Below, piece after piece: positions 1 through 9,794 of a stretch of DNA of 64,000 nt. This stretch comes from an uncultured virus (IMG/VR IMGVR_UViG_3300044694_000062). Its lineage: Duplodnaviria; Heunggongvirae; Uroviricota; Caudoviricetes. The notes under the pieces are model-generated. The model saw only the letters and a list, made by a program, of their open reading frames with translations, was not told the origin of the DNA and made no database searches. A program made the translations under genes and the position numbers. Numbering within the stretch: position 1 is the first letter of the stretch; every line of letters begins with the position of its first letter. The stretch spans positions 1-64,000 of IMG/VR virus record IMGVR_UViG_3300044694_000062. One strand, 5' to 3'.

Positions 1-3000
1 GTGTTCTTGTTCTTCAGCGCGCCGTAGCTGCGCGTCATATCCTGGAAGCGCACGAACTGCTCGTTCGCGGCCTGGCGCTGGCCGGCGTCATAGCGCTGCT
101 GCGCCGCGGACTTGTCCTTCTCGTAGGCGGCGCGCGCTGCCTCGGGGTCGGCCGCCAGCATGATGTTCAGGTCTTCGCGGCTGAACTGGCCCTCGCGCGC
201 CAGGTTCTCGACGCGATCTCCGCCGTTCCATAGCAGGTCTTGCCAGTCCTTCTTAGCGCGCACGGCCTGGTACCGGTAGCCGTCGAAGCTGCCCTTGGAC
301 AGGTAGGTGTGGATGCGAACGGCCTCGTTGTAGTTGCCCTGACGCAGGCCCCGTCCGTTGCGCTGCTGCAGCGTCGCCGGTTCCCACGGCACGTCGGCGT
401 GGTGGATGTCGGTGGTGCGCTTCTGCATGTTGAGGCCTTCGGCCATCGTCGCATTGCCGATCACCACGTCGAGCTTGCCGTTGTTCAGCGCCTCGGCGAT
501 GTTCTGGCGCTTCACGGCGCTGCTCGCCACCTTCGCGTTGATCACACCGATGCGGTTCCGCGGCACGCCGGCGTCGACCAGCGCGGCCACCAACCGGTCG
601 TGCGAGTCGATGTACTCGCTGAAGACGATCTGCGCGCCATCCTTCAGGCCCGCCTTCACCTGCGTGGCGATCGCGTCGTACTTCGGGCTGCGCGCGCCGG
701 CATGCTCGGCGCCGAGCAGCGCCAGGTCGAGCGCCGCCTTGTTCATCTTGTCCATCACGGAGAAGATGTGCGCGTCGCCCGTGGAGTCCTTCTCCTTGGC
801 CTCGGCCGCGAGCTCGCGCAGGCTGGCGTAGACCTCCTCCTGCTTGGGTGTCATGCCCACCAGGTGCAGCTTGTCGTCGCGCTTAGGCAGCTCAAGCCCG
901 ACCATTTCCGCGGTGCGGCGGTCGATGAAGCGCGCCATGATCTCGCGCAGCTCGGTCAGGTTCTTGAAGCCCGACACCACCAGCGCATCCTCGATGTCGC
1001 CGCTGGTCGACAGAACCTTGTCGTTCGTGAACTCGCAGAAGCGGTCCAGGAACTCCTCGCTGTTGCGCACGCCGATCTTCTCGAATGCTTCGGGCGCTAC
1101 GTGCGACAGCATCGAGTAGATTTCGAGCGGGCTGTTCTTGGTCGGCGTGGCCGTCAGGCCGTAGACGCCCTTGCCATCGTTCTGCTCGCGCACCCAGCGC
1201 GTCTTGAGGTTGAAGTCGAGCGCGCGGTTCGACAGGCCCTGGCCGCCGAGGAACTTCGGCTGCTCGCCGAAGCGCGCCTTGGCGGCGTAGAGGTTCTTCT
1301 GGTGGTGCATCTCGTCGGCCAGCAGCATGTCGACGCCCAGCTGGTCGAAGTAGATCGCGTCGGTGCGGTCCTGGAACTCGCGCGAGGCGATGGACTGCTC
1401 GTACTGCTCCTTGATGCGCTTGCGTCGCTTGTCGCCGGCGTTGCCCAGCTTGTCGCCGCGCTGCACCCAAAAATCGTCGCTGTAGTACCCCTCTTTGAGC
1501 TCGGGGTTAAGGTCGACCTCCTCGAACGCCGGCTCGCTGATGATCACGAAGTCGTAATCGTTCTGCGTCAGGTCGTGGTACTTGCGCTTGCGCTCGATCG
1601 GATCGTCGTCGCGCCCGACGAGCTCGCCGTCTTTGCCTTCGCTGAAGTTGGCGCCGATGGTGAGCACGCGCGAGCTCGGGAACCAGGTCTGCGTCTCGCT
1701 GTACCAGTTGGCGAGTACCGACTTTGGCACGACGATGATCGGCTTCTTGGCGCGCCCGTCGATCTTCGCCATGCGAGCGAGCAGCAGGCCGCCCAGCGTC
1801 TTGCCAAGGCCCACGTCGTCGGCCACGATGCCCTTGCCGGTCGCAAGGGAGCGCCGCAGGCTCGACCAGCGCCATTTGCGCACGTCGCGGTCGGTGGTCA
1901 GGCCCGGCACGTCGATCGGAGCGTCGCTGTAGTCCTCGCCGACGTAGCCGCGGAACTTCCGGTTGTAAAGCTCCTCGACCGCATCGCGGTACTGGCTGCC
2001 GCACAGCCAGCTCTTGAACTCCTCGTTCAGGCTGTCGATTTCCGGCTTCTCGTCCTTCTTGACGCCGGATCGGTTGAGGTACTTGTCCAGCAGCTTGCTG
2101 GTGCTCCAGGACAGGCCGCCCTCGATCGTGTAGACGCCATCTCCGAACTTGATCGAGATCGGCGGCTGCTTGCGCGTCCACTCGTTCGCCTCGGGGCCGT
2201 CGAACTGGCGCCAGTTGAAGAACGCCTCCAGCACGTGCAGCGGCAGAAACGCGCTGTTGATCTGAAAATCGACCTCATCGAGCGCGCGCGGCGCAATCGT
2301 CTCCTCCAGGCGCTTGGCCTGCTGCTCCAGCTTTCCCTGCAGTTCGCCGGCGCCGGCCGCCAACGCGGCGCGCGCGGCGTCCAGCTTGGGCCAGAGCTCG
2401 CCGGTCAGGTAGGCCGACATGGTGGTCCAGCGGCCATCGCCCAGGTAGGCGTAGCGTGCGTCAGCGGTCAGCTGGTCGACCACCGAGTCCACGTCGCGTC
2501 CAACACGCTCGGCGAGCTCGTCGGCTGTGAAGCTGCGCTTCTCGTCGAGAGCCAGCGCCTCGGCCTGCGTCTCGAAGCTGCCTTCGATCTTGCGCGGCGC
2601 GCGGCCGAGCACGGCATCGGACAGCTCGCCCTTGCGGTTCACGGCCCCCACCAGGCGGAACAGCGTCTTGTCGACGCTGGCCGCGGTCATCAGCTCGGGG
2701 TTGTCGGCCGGGATGCCGTGCTGCTCGACGTAGGCGCGCACGGCCTCGGCCAGGCCCTCACGGTCGCCGCCGTCCATGGCCGCCTCGATGCGAGCCGCCA
2801 GCGGCGCGGCGTCGGCCACCGCTGTCGTCGCCATGAACTCGTCCACCCGGTGCCAGCGCGGCGGGTTGCCCTGCAGCACGTAGGTGACGCCATCGACCGT
2901 CTTGGTGTCGCCGATCTTGGCGGTGTTGGTGTAGGGGCGCCGGAACGATGCAGACAGCGCCGCGTCGCGCATCGCGCCCTCTGGCAACGCCTCCAGGATC

Positions 3001-4826
3001 TGCGGCACCGTCAGGTCGGCCACGCCAACGCTCTCGGGATGCGGCGCGAACTCGCGGATGGCTTCGGGGACGCCGGCCATCGATCCGGTCACTGTGATGT
3101 CGTTGCCGATGCCGGCCTTCGCGCGCCAGCCGGCCTCCAGCGTGCCCAGCACGTTGCCGGCGCCGCGGCCCTCGGTGAAGTAGGTACCAGCCAGGAAATC
3201 ATCGTCCCACACGCCCAGCTGCTGCAACTTCTCCTGCGGTACGGTCTGCAGCGCGCCTACCACGTCGTCGGGGCGCTTGCGCAGGAAGACGACATCGGTT
3301 GTCACCTCGGTGTGCGAGTGCTCGAACGCGGTGTTCGGCATGCGCAGCGCCCCGAGGAACTGGCCCTTCACCAGCAGCTGCTCGCGCAGGCTGCGGTTGC
3401 GGCTGCTGTCCATGATGCCGGTGGGTACCACCAGCGCGACGAGGCCGCCCGGCTTGCACTTGTCGAGCGCGGTGTCGCAGAAGTAGGCCTCGGCGGTCGT
3501 CATGCCCACCTTGTCATCCTTCGCGAGGAAGCCGCGCGGGCCGTAGGGCGGGTTGCCGATCACCACGTCGAACTGGCGATCGTCGGTCGTCGCGAAGCGC
3601 TCCAGGCTCGCGGTGTTGATCTCGTGCCGGTCGCCGTGCAGCGCCAGCGCGACCGCCGCGCTGGTCGGGTCGAGCTCGACGCCGGTGACGCGGAAGCCGG
3701 CCGGCGCGGTGTGCAGGAACACGCCAGTGCCGCAGCTCGGCTCAAGCGCTGTACCGTGCTCGGCGCCCAGGCGCGCCAGAACGTCCCACATCGCGCGCGC
3801 CACGTCGGGGTCGGTGTAATACTCGTTCAGGCTGTCGCCGCAGCCACCGTTGCCGCTGTACTGGCGGAACAGGTCTTTGTCGACCTGGCCCTCGGCCACC
3901 AGGCGCGCGACCTCGGCGTTGATCTCGCGGCGCGCGGCCTTGGTGATGCCGGCGGCTACGCCGAACGGAGCGTCGCGGTCGTGCGGGGCTGGTGCTGGAA
4001 CCGGGGCTGGCTCGGGCTGTGCAGCCTGGAATGCCTGGTCAAACTTCGCCTTTTCCTCGTCGCTGACGCGGTGCGGCAGTTGCTTGTCGTCTTTGAGCTC
4101 GTCCTTTCCCGTCAGCACGAAGTAGCGCGCAATCGGCCCAACCTCATCACCCTTGACGATGCGTCCCTGCACGACCTGCATGAGGTGGATGGCGCCCTTG
4201 TTTTTCCCGCGCGCTAGCGCGTCGATGCGCGCCATGAACCGCTGCTCGCGACCGCCAAATGACACGGTGATCGGGAACGGCCGACCGAGCGGCGAGGAGG
4301 AGCCGACTGCTGCCCGAATCGCGGACGCCACCTCTGACTGTCGGGTGTCGGCTTCGGTCTCTTTCGCCTTGCGCGGCGCGCGCTTCTTCTTCGGCTCCGG
4401 CGCAGGCGCCTCGGCCGGCTTCTCCGTGGCCGCCGGCTGCGCGAACAGGTCCGGTGTCTCGCCCTTCTCCGGCGCCTTCTCGGCCAGGCCATCGAACATC
4501 GAAGCGATCTCGGCCGGCGTCTTGCCGCCCAGCTTCGCCATCAGATCGAACAGGTGCTGCTGCTGGCCCTCGGTGACGGTTGCCAGGATGCTGGCGATCG
4601 CGCGCAAGCCACCATGCTTGGCGATCCAGGCGTCCAGCTTCGAGCGCTTCTGCTTCTCCTGCTCGTCGCCAAACAGGGTGCGCTGCTGGGGCGCCGGCGC
4701 CTTCGGCCGCACCTTCTGGATCCGCGTGTGGGCGGCGACGACCACGCCATCCTTGCGCACGTGGGGCGCCACGTGCACAGGAGCGTCGAACAGCGCGAAC
4801 TGCGATTTTTTGAGGAAGATGATCAT
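1..4826 (-). CDS. Large DarB-like N6-adenine methyltransferase + SNF2-type helicase (3' end runs off window start)
   Basis: Read manually on the minus strand from ATG 4826 (MIIFLKKSQFALFD...). It has MTase motifs LEPSCGTG and VIGNPPY, then SF2 motifs ADDVGLGKT, ADEMHHQKN and LTATPTKNSPLE. It is absent from the ORF track because its stop lies outside the window. Confidence 0.9.
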   Translation of the reverse strand, partial: MIIFLKKSQFALFDAPVHVAPHVRKDGVVVAAHTRIQKVRPKAPAPQQRTLFGDEQEKQKRSKLDAWIAKHGGLRAIASILATVTEGQQQHLFDLMAKLGGKTPAEIASMFDGLAEKAPEKGETPDLFAQPAATEKPAEAPAPEPKKKRAPRKAKETEADTRQSEVASAIRAAVGSSSPLGRPFPITVSFGGREQRFMARIDALARGKNKGAIHLMQVVQGRIVKGDEVGPIARYFVLTGKDELKDDKQLPHRVSDEEKAKFDQAFQAAQPEPAPVPAPAPHDRDAPFGVAAGITKAARREINAEVARLVAEGQVDKDLFRQYSGNGGCGDSLNEYYTDPDVARAMWDVLARLGAEHGTALEPSCGTGVFLHTAPAGFRVTGVELDPTSAAVALALHGDRHEINTASLERFATTDDRQFDVVIGNPPYGPRGFLAKDDKVGMTTAEAYFCDTALDKCKPGGLVALVVPTGIMDSSRNRSLREQLLVKGQFLGALRMPNTAFEHSHTEVTTDVVFLRKRPDDVVGALQTVPQEKLQQLGVWDDDFLAGTYFTEGRGAGNVLGTLEAGWRAKAGIGNDITVTGSMAGVPEAIREFAPHPESVGVADLTVPQILEALPEGAMRDAALSASFRRPYTNTAKIGDTKTVDGVTYVLQGNPPRWHRVDEFMATTAVADAAPLAARIEAAMDGGDREGLAEAVRAYVEQHGIPADNPELMTAASVDKTLFRLVGAVNRKGELSDAVLGRAPRKIEGSFETQAEALALDEKRSFTADELAERVGRDVDSVVDQLTADARYAYLGDGRWTTMSAYLTGELWPKLDAARAALAAGAGELQGKLEQQAKRLEETIAPRALDEVDFQINSAFLPLHVLEAFFNWRQFDGPEANEWTRKQPPISIKFGDGVYTIEGGLSWSTSKLLDKYLNRSGVKKDEKPEIDSLNEEFKSWLCGSQYRDAVEELYNRKFRGYVGEDYSDAPIDVPGLTTDRDVRKWRWSSLRRSLATGKGIVADDVGLGKTLGGLLLARMAKIDGRAKKPIIVVPKSVLANWYSETQTWFPSSRVLTIGANFSEGKDGELVGRDDDPIERKRKYHDLTQNDYDFVIISEPAFEEVDLNPELKEGYYSDDFWVQRGDKLGNAGDKRRKRIKEQYEQSIASREFQDRTDAIYFDQLGVDMLLADEMHHQKNLYAAKARFGEQPKFLGGQGLSNRALDFNLKTRWVREQNDGKGVYGLTATPTKNSPLEIYSMLSHVAPEAFEKIGVRNSEEFLDRFCEFTNDKVLSTSGDIEDALVVSGFKNLTELREIMARFIDRRTAEMVGLELPKRDDKLHLVGMTPKQEEVYASLRELAAEAKEKDSTGDAHIFSVMDKMNKAALDLALLGAEHAGARSPKYDAIATQVKAGLKDGAQIVFSEYIDSHDRLVAALVDAGVPRNRIGVINAKVASSAVKRQNIAEALNNGKLDVVIGNATMAEGLNMQKRTTDIHHADVPWEPATLQQRNGRGLRQGNYNEAVRIHTYLSKGSFDGYRYQAVRAKKDWQDLLWNGGDRVENLAREGQFSREDLNIMLAADPEAARAAYEKDKSAAQQRYDAGQRQAANEQFVRFQDMTRSYGALKNKN

Positions 4827-4932
4827 CCTGACCAGGCCCTGAAGATGTCAACCCGATCATGACGTCACGATGCACGGAACCCTCGTCGACTTTACCCGTT
4901 AAATAACGTCCCAACAGATATGCAGTGCAGCC

Positions 4933-5433
4933 ATGCGCGCATCGCAGATTGAAAGGGTATTCGGGTTCATCGCCAAAAACTACGGGCGAAAAATCACATT
5001 ATCTGAAATGGCAAGGGCAGCAGGAATGAGTGCCCATCATTTTTCTCGTAGATTCAAGGTTGCAATCGGCTCAACGCCAATGCAATTTTTAACAGAGTAT
5101 CGGCTACAGGCTGCAGACGATTTGCTAGTCGATCGTGATAAATCACTTTCAGAAATAGCATACGAATGTGGCTTTGCAAATCAAAGCCACTACACAACCG
5201 TATGCAAACGCCACCACGGAATTACCCCGGCTGAAAGGCGCCGGCGATTATTACGATCGATGCACGTCGCGCTGGTTTTGGCGCTCTGTCTTCACCCTGC
5301 GCGAATGGGTGTTCTGAACAGGACGAACAGCGCCTTGATCATCGCCGGCCGCTCGCGCGTGGCCCGCACCTTGGCGATGAACTCATCGACCGGCATGGCT
5401 GTGATTGGGCCGAGGAAGCGCGGATCATCGTAG
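4933..5433 (+). CDS. AraC-family stand-alone HTH regulator (MarA/SoxS-like size)
   Basis: [22 protein letters not shown]...[25 protein letters not shown]. The DNA is visibly AT-richer than its flanks. Confidence 0.85.
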   Translation: MRASQIERVFGFIAKNYGRKITLSEMARAAGMSAHHFSRRFKVAIGSTPMQFLTEYRLQAADDLLVDRDKSLSEIAYECGFANQSHYTTVCKRHHGITPAERRRRLLRSMHVALVLALCLHPARMGVLNRTNSALIIAGRSRVARTLAMNSSTGMAVIGPRKRGSS

Positions 5434-5981
5434 TTCGCCAGGAACGCATCGCGCGCGGCCTCCTCGCTGGGAAAGCCGAGCATGCACTTGTCCTCGTCGT
5501 AGGCCTTCCAGTCGCCGACCTTGCGCTGGTGCACGACGTAGACCGTCGGCGCGCTGTCGAGCTCGGGCCCGAGAAACACGTCCACCTCGTCTCCGTCGAC
5601 GCCTTCGCTGCGGCACACGTAGCCGTAGTCGTTGCGCATCTTCGTCGCCCACTCGGTGCCGTCCGGCTTCTTGCCTCGGCGCGTGCTGCCGGCCGGGTTC
5701 TCGATGGCGATCTCCAGGCCATGCCACTGCACGCGCGGCTTGGCGTAGTTGCCGGCCTTCGCCTGCGCCTCGGTAGGCTCCGACCAGGCGCGCCGGGCCG
5801 CGGCCGACAGCACCGAAGCCTTGACCAACAGCACGGCCTTTGCCAGGGGCTGCTCCTCGCGCGCGCGGCCGGCCTTCTTGTAGGCGATCGCCACAGCCTG
5901 GTCGCGCGGGTGGCCGGCGCGGATCAGCTCGGCGATGTTCGCCGAAATCACGTCGTCGCTGGAGCCTTCGAGGAGCGGCAT
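5292..5981 (-). CDS. Phage inorganic pyrophosphatase-like domain protein
   Basis: IENPAGSTR...[21 protein letters not shown]...[10 protein letters not shown] matches the PPase-like domain of phage polyvalent proteins. ATG at 5981. Confidence 0.8.
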   Translation of the reverse strand: MPLLEGSSDDVISANIAELIRAGHPRDQAVAIAYKKAGRAREEQPLAKAVLLVKASVLSAAARRAWSEPTEAQAKAGNYAKPRVQWHGLEIAIENPAGSTRRGKKPDGTEWATKMRNDYGYVCRSEGVDGDEVDVFLGPELDSAPTVYVVHQRKVGDWKAYDEDKCMLGFPSEEAARDAFLANYDDPRFLGPITAMPVDEFIAKVRATRERPAMIKALFVLFRTPIRAG

Positions 5982-5983
5982 GA

Positions 5984-6595
5984 TCAGCGCTGATAGCCGT
6001 GACGCGGCGCCTGGTAGGCGATGTTCACCTTGCCGTCGGCATCCACCTCTCGGGTGAACTTGATGCCGGTGTGCTGCTCCAGCAGGGACGCGAGCTCGTT
6101 GAACGAGGCCTCGTCCAGGTCGAACAGGTGCTGGTTGTACCACTTGCCGTGCGTGGTCTGGCCGTCGGGCACGCGCACCACGCCGCGGCAGCGACCATCC
6201 TTCGGCGGCGACCACTCGGCCACGCCGTTGTACCGCTTCGCCCAGTCCTGCAGTGAAGCGTTCTCCTCGTCCGTCGGCACTTCTCCGCAGCTCGACATGG
6301 ACATGCGCGTCACCAGGTTGCCGGCCTGGCTGTTGGGGATGCCGTCGATGTAGAACTTGTGCGGCCAGCCGTACTTCCAGTCGGAGCCGCCCGCCTTGGC
6401 GCCGGCGCGCAGCGCGTTCAGCAGATCCTCGGGGTGCATCGAGCCGCAGTAGCTGCAGGTGCGGAACGCGGGAACGTGATCGTTCTCGGGGTGCAGTCGC
6501 TCGCCGGCAGCGCGCCAGGTCTGTTGGCCGAAGCGCTGGGCTTGCCAGTCCTTGTCGTGGCAGGTCGGGCGCTCGGGCCAGCTCAGTTGGTTCAA
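5984..6595 (-). CDS. Hypothetical phage protein (CSYCGSMHP motif)
   Basis: TTG start overlaps the upstream stop; GGAG RBS; fits operon packing. Confidence 0.6.
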   Translation of the reverse strand: MNQLSWPERPTCHDKDWQAQRFGQQTWRAAGERLHPENDHVPAFRTCSYCGSMHPEDLLNALRAGAKAGGSDWKYGWPHKFYIDGIPNSQAGNLVTRMSMSSCGEVPTDEENASLQDWAKRYNGVAEWSPPKDGRCRGVVRVPDGQTTHGKWYNQHLFDLDEASFNELASLLEQHTGIKFTREVDADGKVNIAYQAPRHGYQR

Positions 6596-7743
6596 GGTTT
6601 CTTCTCCAGGAGCTGGCTCAGCCACTCCGCGAACGCCGGATCGTCCCCCGGCTGGGCATCGGCCACGGGGATCCATCGCCCGCGGCAGTGAGGGTGCTGC
6701 GTGCCGGCGGCTATCCAGTAGCGCTCGTGCGGCTCGCGCTCGACCAGCAGGTCGCCAACGCGCTTGCGCGGCGCCGCGGAGCGGCCGATGTTCGTCTTGC
6801 CGACCCATACCTGGGTCTCGCCGTCCTTGTCCGGCGCCGACGGGTCGACGACCTCCAGGATGCGGCCGTTGATCTTTGCGCACCACGCGCACACGCCCTT
6901 GTACTGCTCGACGCGCTTGACGCGCGCTCCAGGCTTGAGCGTGCCGATGAAGCCCTGGTTCGAGGCCTCGGCCGCCTCCGTCACCGCGACGCGGCGCCAG
7001 TCGCGGTTGAGCGCAGCGAACGCATCGACGAGCTCGGTCTGCAGCGCGGTGCCCGGCGTGCCAGGCACCTTGAGCATCTGTCGCTCGGCGTGCTGCGCGA
7101 TCAGCGTGCGCATCTTGTGGCGCACGTCCTCGGTCAGCGCGCGCACGTTCTCAGCGGCGCGCACGCGCGCGAAGTCGAGCGTAGCGCGCTGCCGCGGCGT
7201 CAGGTCGAAGGCGGTTTCGGCCGCGTGCACGGTGGCTGGCAGCGCGGCGATCACCGCGTCGGCCTGGCGCGTGCCGATCTTCTCCATGTTGGCCTGCACG
7301 CGACCCATCAGCGTCGCCTTGGTGGCGAGCCATTCGGCCTCGGTGCGCATGTCGTCGGCCGGCAGGTAGCGCTGGAACAGGTACTCGGTGAGCATCATCC
7401 AGTCGTCGAGCGTGTACTGCGCCGGCGGCACGGCCTCCAGGTACAGCTTCACCAGCGCGAGTTCGGCCGACGTCCAGCGCTCCATGGCGCCATCGGGGCG
7501 CGCGGGCCGCTCGGGGTGCTCGCGGTGGCGCTGACCTTCGGCCCAGGCCTGCAGGTCGACGCGGAACGCATCGAGGCGCATCAGGCCGCGCTGGGTGAAC
7601 AGCTCGACGAGGCGCCGGATGAACGGGGAATCCATCGGCAGCCACACCGCGTCGTCATCGTCGTGCGACGCCTTGCACATGAACTCCAGCGCCGCGTTGG
7701 TGCGCGGCTCGCTGAGCTCGATCAGGTCGACGAACAAGGACAT
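6592..7743 (-). CDS. Head morphogenesis protein (SPP1 gp7 / Mu F-like)
   Basis: [14 protein letters not shown] and C-terminal HPHCRGRW motifs; lies in the head module. Confidence 0.8.
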   Translation of the reverse strand: MSLFVDLIELSEPRTNAALEFMCKASHDDDDAVWLPMDSPFIRRLVELFTQRGLMRLDAFRVDLQAWAEGQRHREHPERPARPDGAMERWTSAELALVKLYLEAVPPAQYTLDDWMMLTEYLFQRYLPADDMRTEAEWLATKATLMGRVQANMEKIGTRQADAVIAALPATVHAAETAFDLTPRQRATLDFARVRAAENVRALTEDVRHKMRTLIAQHAERQMLKVPGTPGTALQTELVDAFAALNRDWRRVAVTEAAEASNQGFIGTLKPGARVKRVEQYKGVCAWCAKINGRILEVVDPSAPDKDGETQVWVGKTNIGRSAAPRKRVGDLLVEREPHERYWIAAGTQHPHCRGRWIPVADAQPGDDPAFAEWLSQLLEKKP

Positions 7744-7765
7744 GCCAGCAAGAATGCAGTCACGA

Positions 7766-7938
7766 CACGGCGGCCCGAGTCGCCCCGGGCCGCGCAATGC
7801 CGGCAGATCCCCAGCGTGGAGGGGCCCCACGGAGTGGGTCGCCGTGATCTGCTGCTGCCGTTGAGAAACCCACGCCCCCACGCACAGCTAGGGGGGAAGC
7901 ACCCGGCCATCGTCGCCCTTGCGGACGCCTTTGCAGGC
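7766..7938 (-). ncRNA. Candidate structured late sRNA
   Basis: Intergenic gap directly downstream of a late-promoter motif (7954-7959), with several hairpins: GTCC-GCAA-GGGC, CAGATC/GATCTG, CGGCCCGGG-GCGA-CTCGGGCCG. Confidence 0.45.
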
Positions 7939-7953
7939 AGTATGAGTGTGCAA

Positions 7954-8649
7954 TCACGACTGCGCGGGGCGCAGCGTGGCGGCGTCGAGGATGGTGAACG
8001 GGCGATCCCCGCGGTGCGGAGGCAGCCACGCGCCGCTGTCGATGTAGATCGTGTTCCCCAGCGTGGTCCAGCGCTCGACCGGCGTGTGGCCGACGATCAC
8101 CGCGCTGACGCCCTCGGTGTGATCGACGAGCTCGCCCGTGATACGGTCGCGCGACCACATGCACAGCTGCTGGAAGCCGTTGGATGCCGGGCCCGTCAGC
8201 GCATCGCGCAGGTCTTGCCAGCGGATCGTCGGGCACTCTGCGTGCACGATGCCGACCAGGCCGTGCTCGGTTTCGACCTCGATCGCGATCGGCAGCGCGG
8301 CGAACTGGTCGGCCATCCACTGCTGGTGCGACTTCGGGTGGCCGATGAACCAGGCGCCGCCGTTCATCATGTAGAGGCGCGGGTCGCCGAAGCCGGCCGC
8401 GAAGTCGATCGCCATCTGCTCGTGATTGCCGCGCACCGCGTGGAACCATGGCTTCGCCAGCCACTCGGTAGCGTCGTCGGATTCCTGGCCGCGGTCCACC
8501 AAGTCACCGACGGAGAACAGGCGATCGCGCGCGGGGTCGAATTTCAGCGCGTCGAGCGCGGCCTGCAGCTTGGTGAAGCAACCGTGGACGTCGCCGACGA
8601 TCAGGTCGCGGCCCGCGGTGTTGCGGTCGAAGTGCTTGAGGAGTTCCAT
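7954..8649 (-). CDS. Ser/Thr protein phosphatase (lambda NinI/PphA-like metallophosphoesterase)
   Basis: GDVHG, GDLVDRG, RGNHE and GHTP motifs. Confidence 0.93.
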   Translation of the reverse strand: MELLKHFDRNTAGRDLIVGDVHGCFTKLQAALDALKFDPARDRLFSVGDLVDRGQESDDATEWLAKPWFHAVRGNHEQMAIDFAAGFGDPRLYMMNGGAWFIGHPKSHQQWMADQFAALPIAIEVETEHGLVGIVHAECPTIRWQDLRDALTGPASNGFQQLCMWSRDRITGELVDHTEGVSAVIVGHTPVERWTTLGNTIYIDSGAWLPPHRGDRPFTILDAATLRPAQS

Positions 8650-8683
8650 GCCCCGATTGGGGCATCACGACTCATTTTTGAGT

Positions 8684-8947
8684 TGAGGGTGGCCGGTGCT
8701 GATCTCCGGCTTTGAGGCAATAGGCGTGTAGTGACGCCTCGTTTTACATCCCCACTGGTAGGCTCTTACGAGCGGGCCAGTGAGCCCTACCGCACCGCTA
8801 ACGACACCTCCTACGAGGCTATACCGGAAGGGATCTTGCTCTCACGATTCGCGCATCAGCCTGCGCATTCACCCTCACAGAAGCGGGCCGGGCATGCAGG
8901 TGCAGCGCCGTACCCATCCCGACCCTGACGCCGCTTCTGTGAAGGTG
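8684..8947 (-). ncRNA. tRNA-like structured RNA unit 1 plus linker stem
   Basis: TGAGGGTG/CACCCTCA closing stem, D-like arm GCGC-AGGCTGAT-GCGC and T-like arm GCCGG-AGATCAGCA-CCGGC. The linker stem 8870-8886 pairs with 8931-8947. Confidence 0.65.
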
Positions 8948-9084
8948 CTACCAGTCGAGAACCCACCGCACTCGCATGAGGCAGCGTTGTGTGCCGTGTG
9001 CGTGCATGCACGCAAATCAACCGCGGGGCCAAGCCGCGGTTGCGGTGAGCTCTCTGATCAATGTCAGCGTGCTGGCGCTGATCA

Positions 9085-9113
9085 GAAAGCCCGGGCCCGA
9101 AGGCCCGGACTCT
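9085..9113 (-). terminator. Probable intrinsic terminator
   Basis: GTCCGGGCC-TTCG-GGCCCGGGC followed by TTTCT, just after the stop at 9126. Confidence 0.55.
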
Positions 9114-9125
9114 GCGAACACGCAA

Positions 9126-9488
9126 TCAGGCCGCGGGTGTGGCGGCCTGGCCCGCGTCGGCCGGCGCCGGGGCCGGCGCGGGAGCGGGGGCCGGGGCCGG
9201 CGCGGCCGGCGAGTCGGCGGCGATCGTGGCGTCCACGCCCTGCGCGGCCGCGTCGATCTGCGCCTTCAGCGCGTTCAGCTGGTCGGGCGTGGCACCGCCG
9301 GCGTTCGCCAGGGTGTCCAGCTGCGACTTCAGCGAGTTCGTGAGGGTTTCGAGTGCGCCGACTTTCTGCACGAGGGCGGCGGTCGATGCTTGCAGGTCTT
9401 CGAGAGCGGTCATGATGAAGCGTTCCATCCTTTCGATGGTGGTGACGATGTGCTCGATGCGTTCGAGCGCGTGGTGGTCGGAGAACAC
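9126..9488 (-). CDS. Hypothetical coiled-coil protein with (AP)n tail
   Basis: GGAGGAG RBS, GTG start, phage-like codon usage. Confidence 0.7.
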   Translation of the reverse strand: MFSDHHALERIEHIVTTIERMERFIMTALEDLQASTAALVQKVGALETLTNSLKSQLDTLANAGGATPDQLNALKAQIDAAAQGVDATIAADSPAAPAPAPAPAPAPAPADAGQAATPAA

Positions 9489-9507
9489 ATCTCCTCCCTG
9501 TTGGCGA

Positions 9508-9744
9508 TCAGCTCGCCGAGGCTTCGGTGGCGGCGCCTTCGGTGCCCTGCGGCGCGGCGGCGGTCTGCTCGGGCTGGGCCTGCGCTTCGGAGGCGCTGAA
9601 GCCGAGGTGTTCGGCGGCGTACTTCACGCCCAGGCTGAAGATCGATTCGACGTGGTGCTCGAAGCCGACGAGCTCGGCCTTGAACACGGACAGATCGGCT
9701 TCGGCCTTGGCCTTGATGGCGTCGACAACGGAGTTGATGGACAT
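9508..9744 (-). CDS. Hypothetical protein
   Basis: GGAG RBS, ATG at 9744, late-promoter motif upstream. Confidence 0.7.
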   Translation of the reverse strand: MSINSVVDAIKAKAEADLSVFKAELVGFEHHVESIFSLGVKYAAEHLGFSASEAQAQPEQTAAAPQGTEGAATEASAS

Positions 9745-9794
9745 GGGATCTCCAAGGGTTGAGACGCACAGAGTAGCGTCACGATTTTTGATCA

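Noticed and set aside
240..4217. 1325-aa plus-strand ORF
   Set aside because: Antisense shadow of the minus-strand methyltransferase-helicase. It has no recognisable motifs, and long shadow ORFs are expected in high-GC DNA.
9160..9210. GC-rich short tandem repeats (also near 41105 and 51960)
   Set aside because: They simply encode Ala-Pro linkers.
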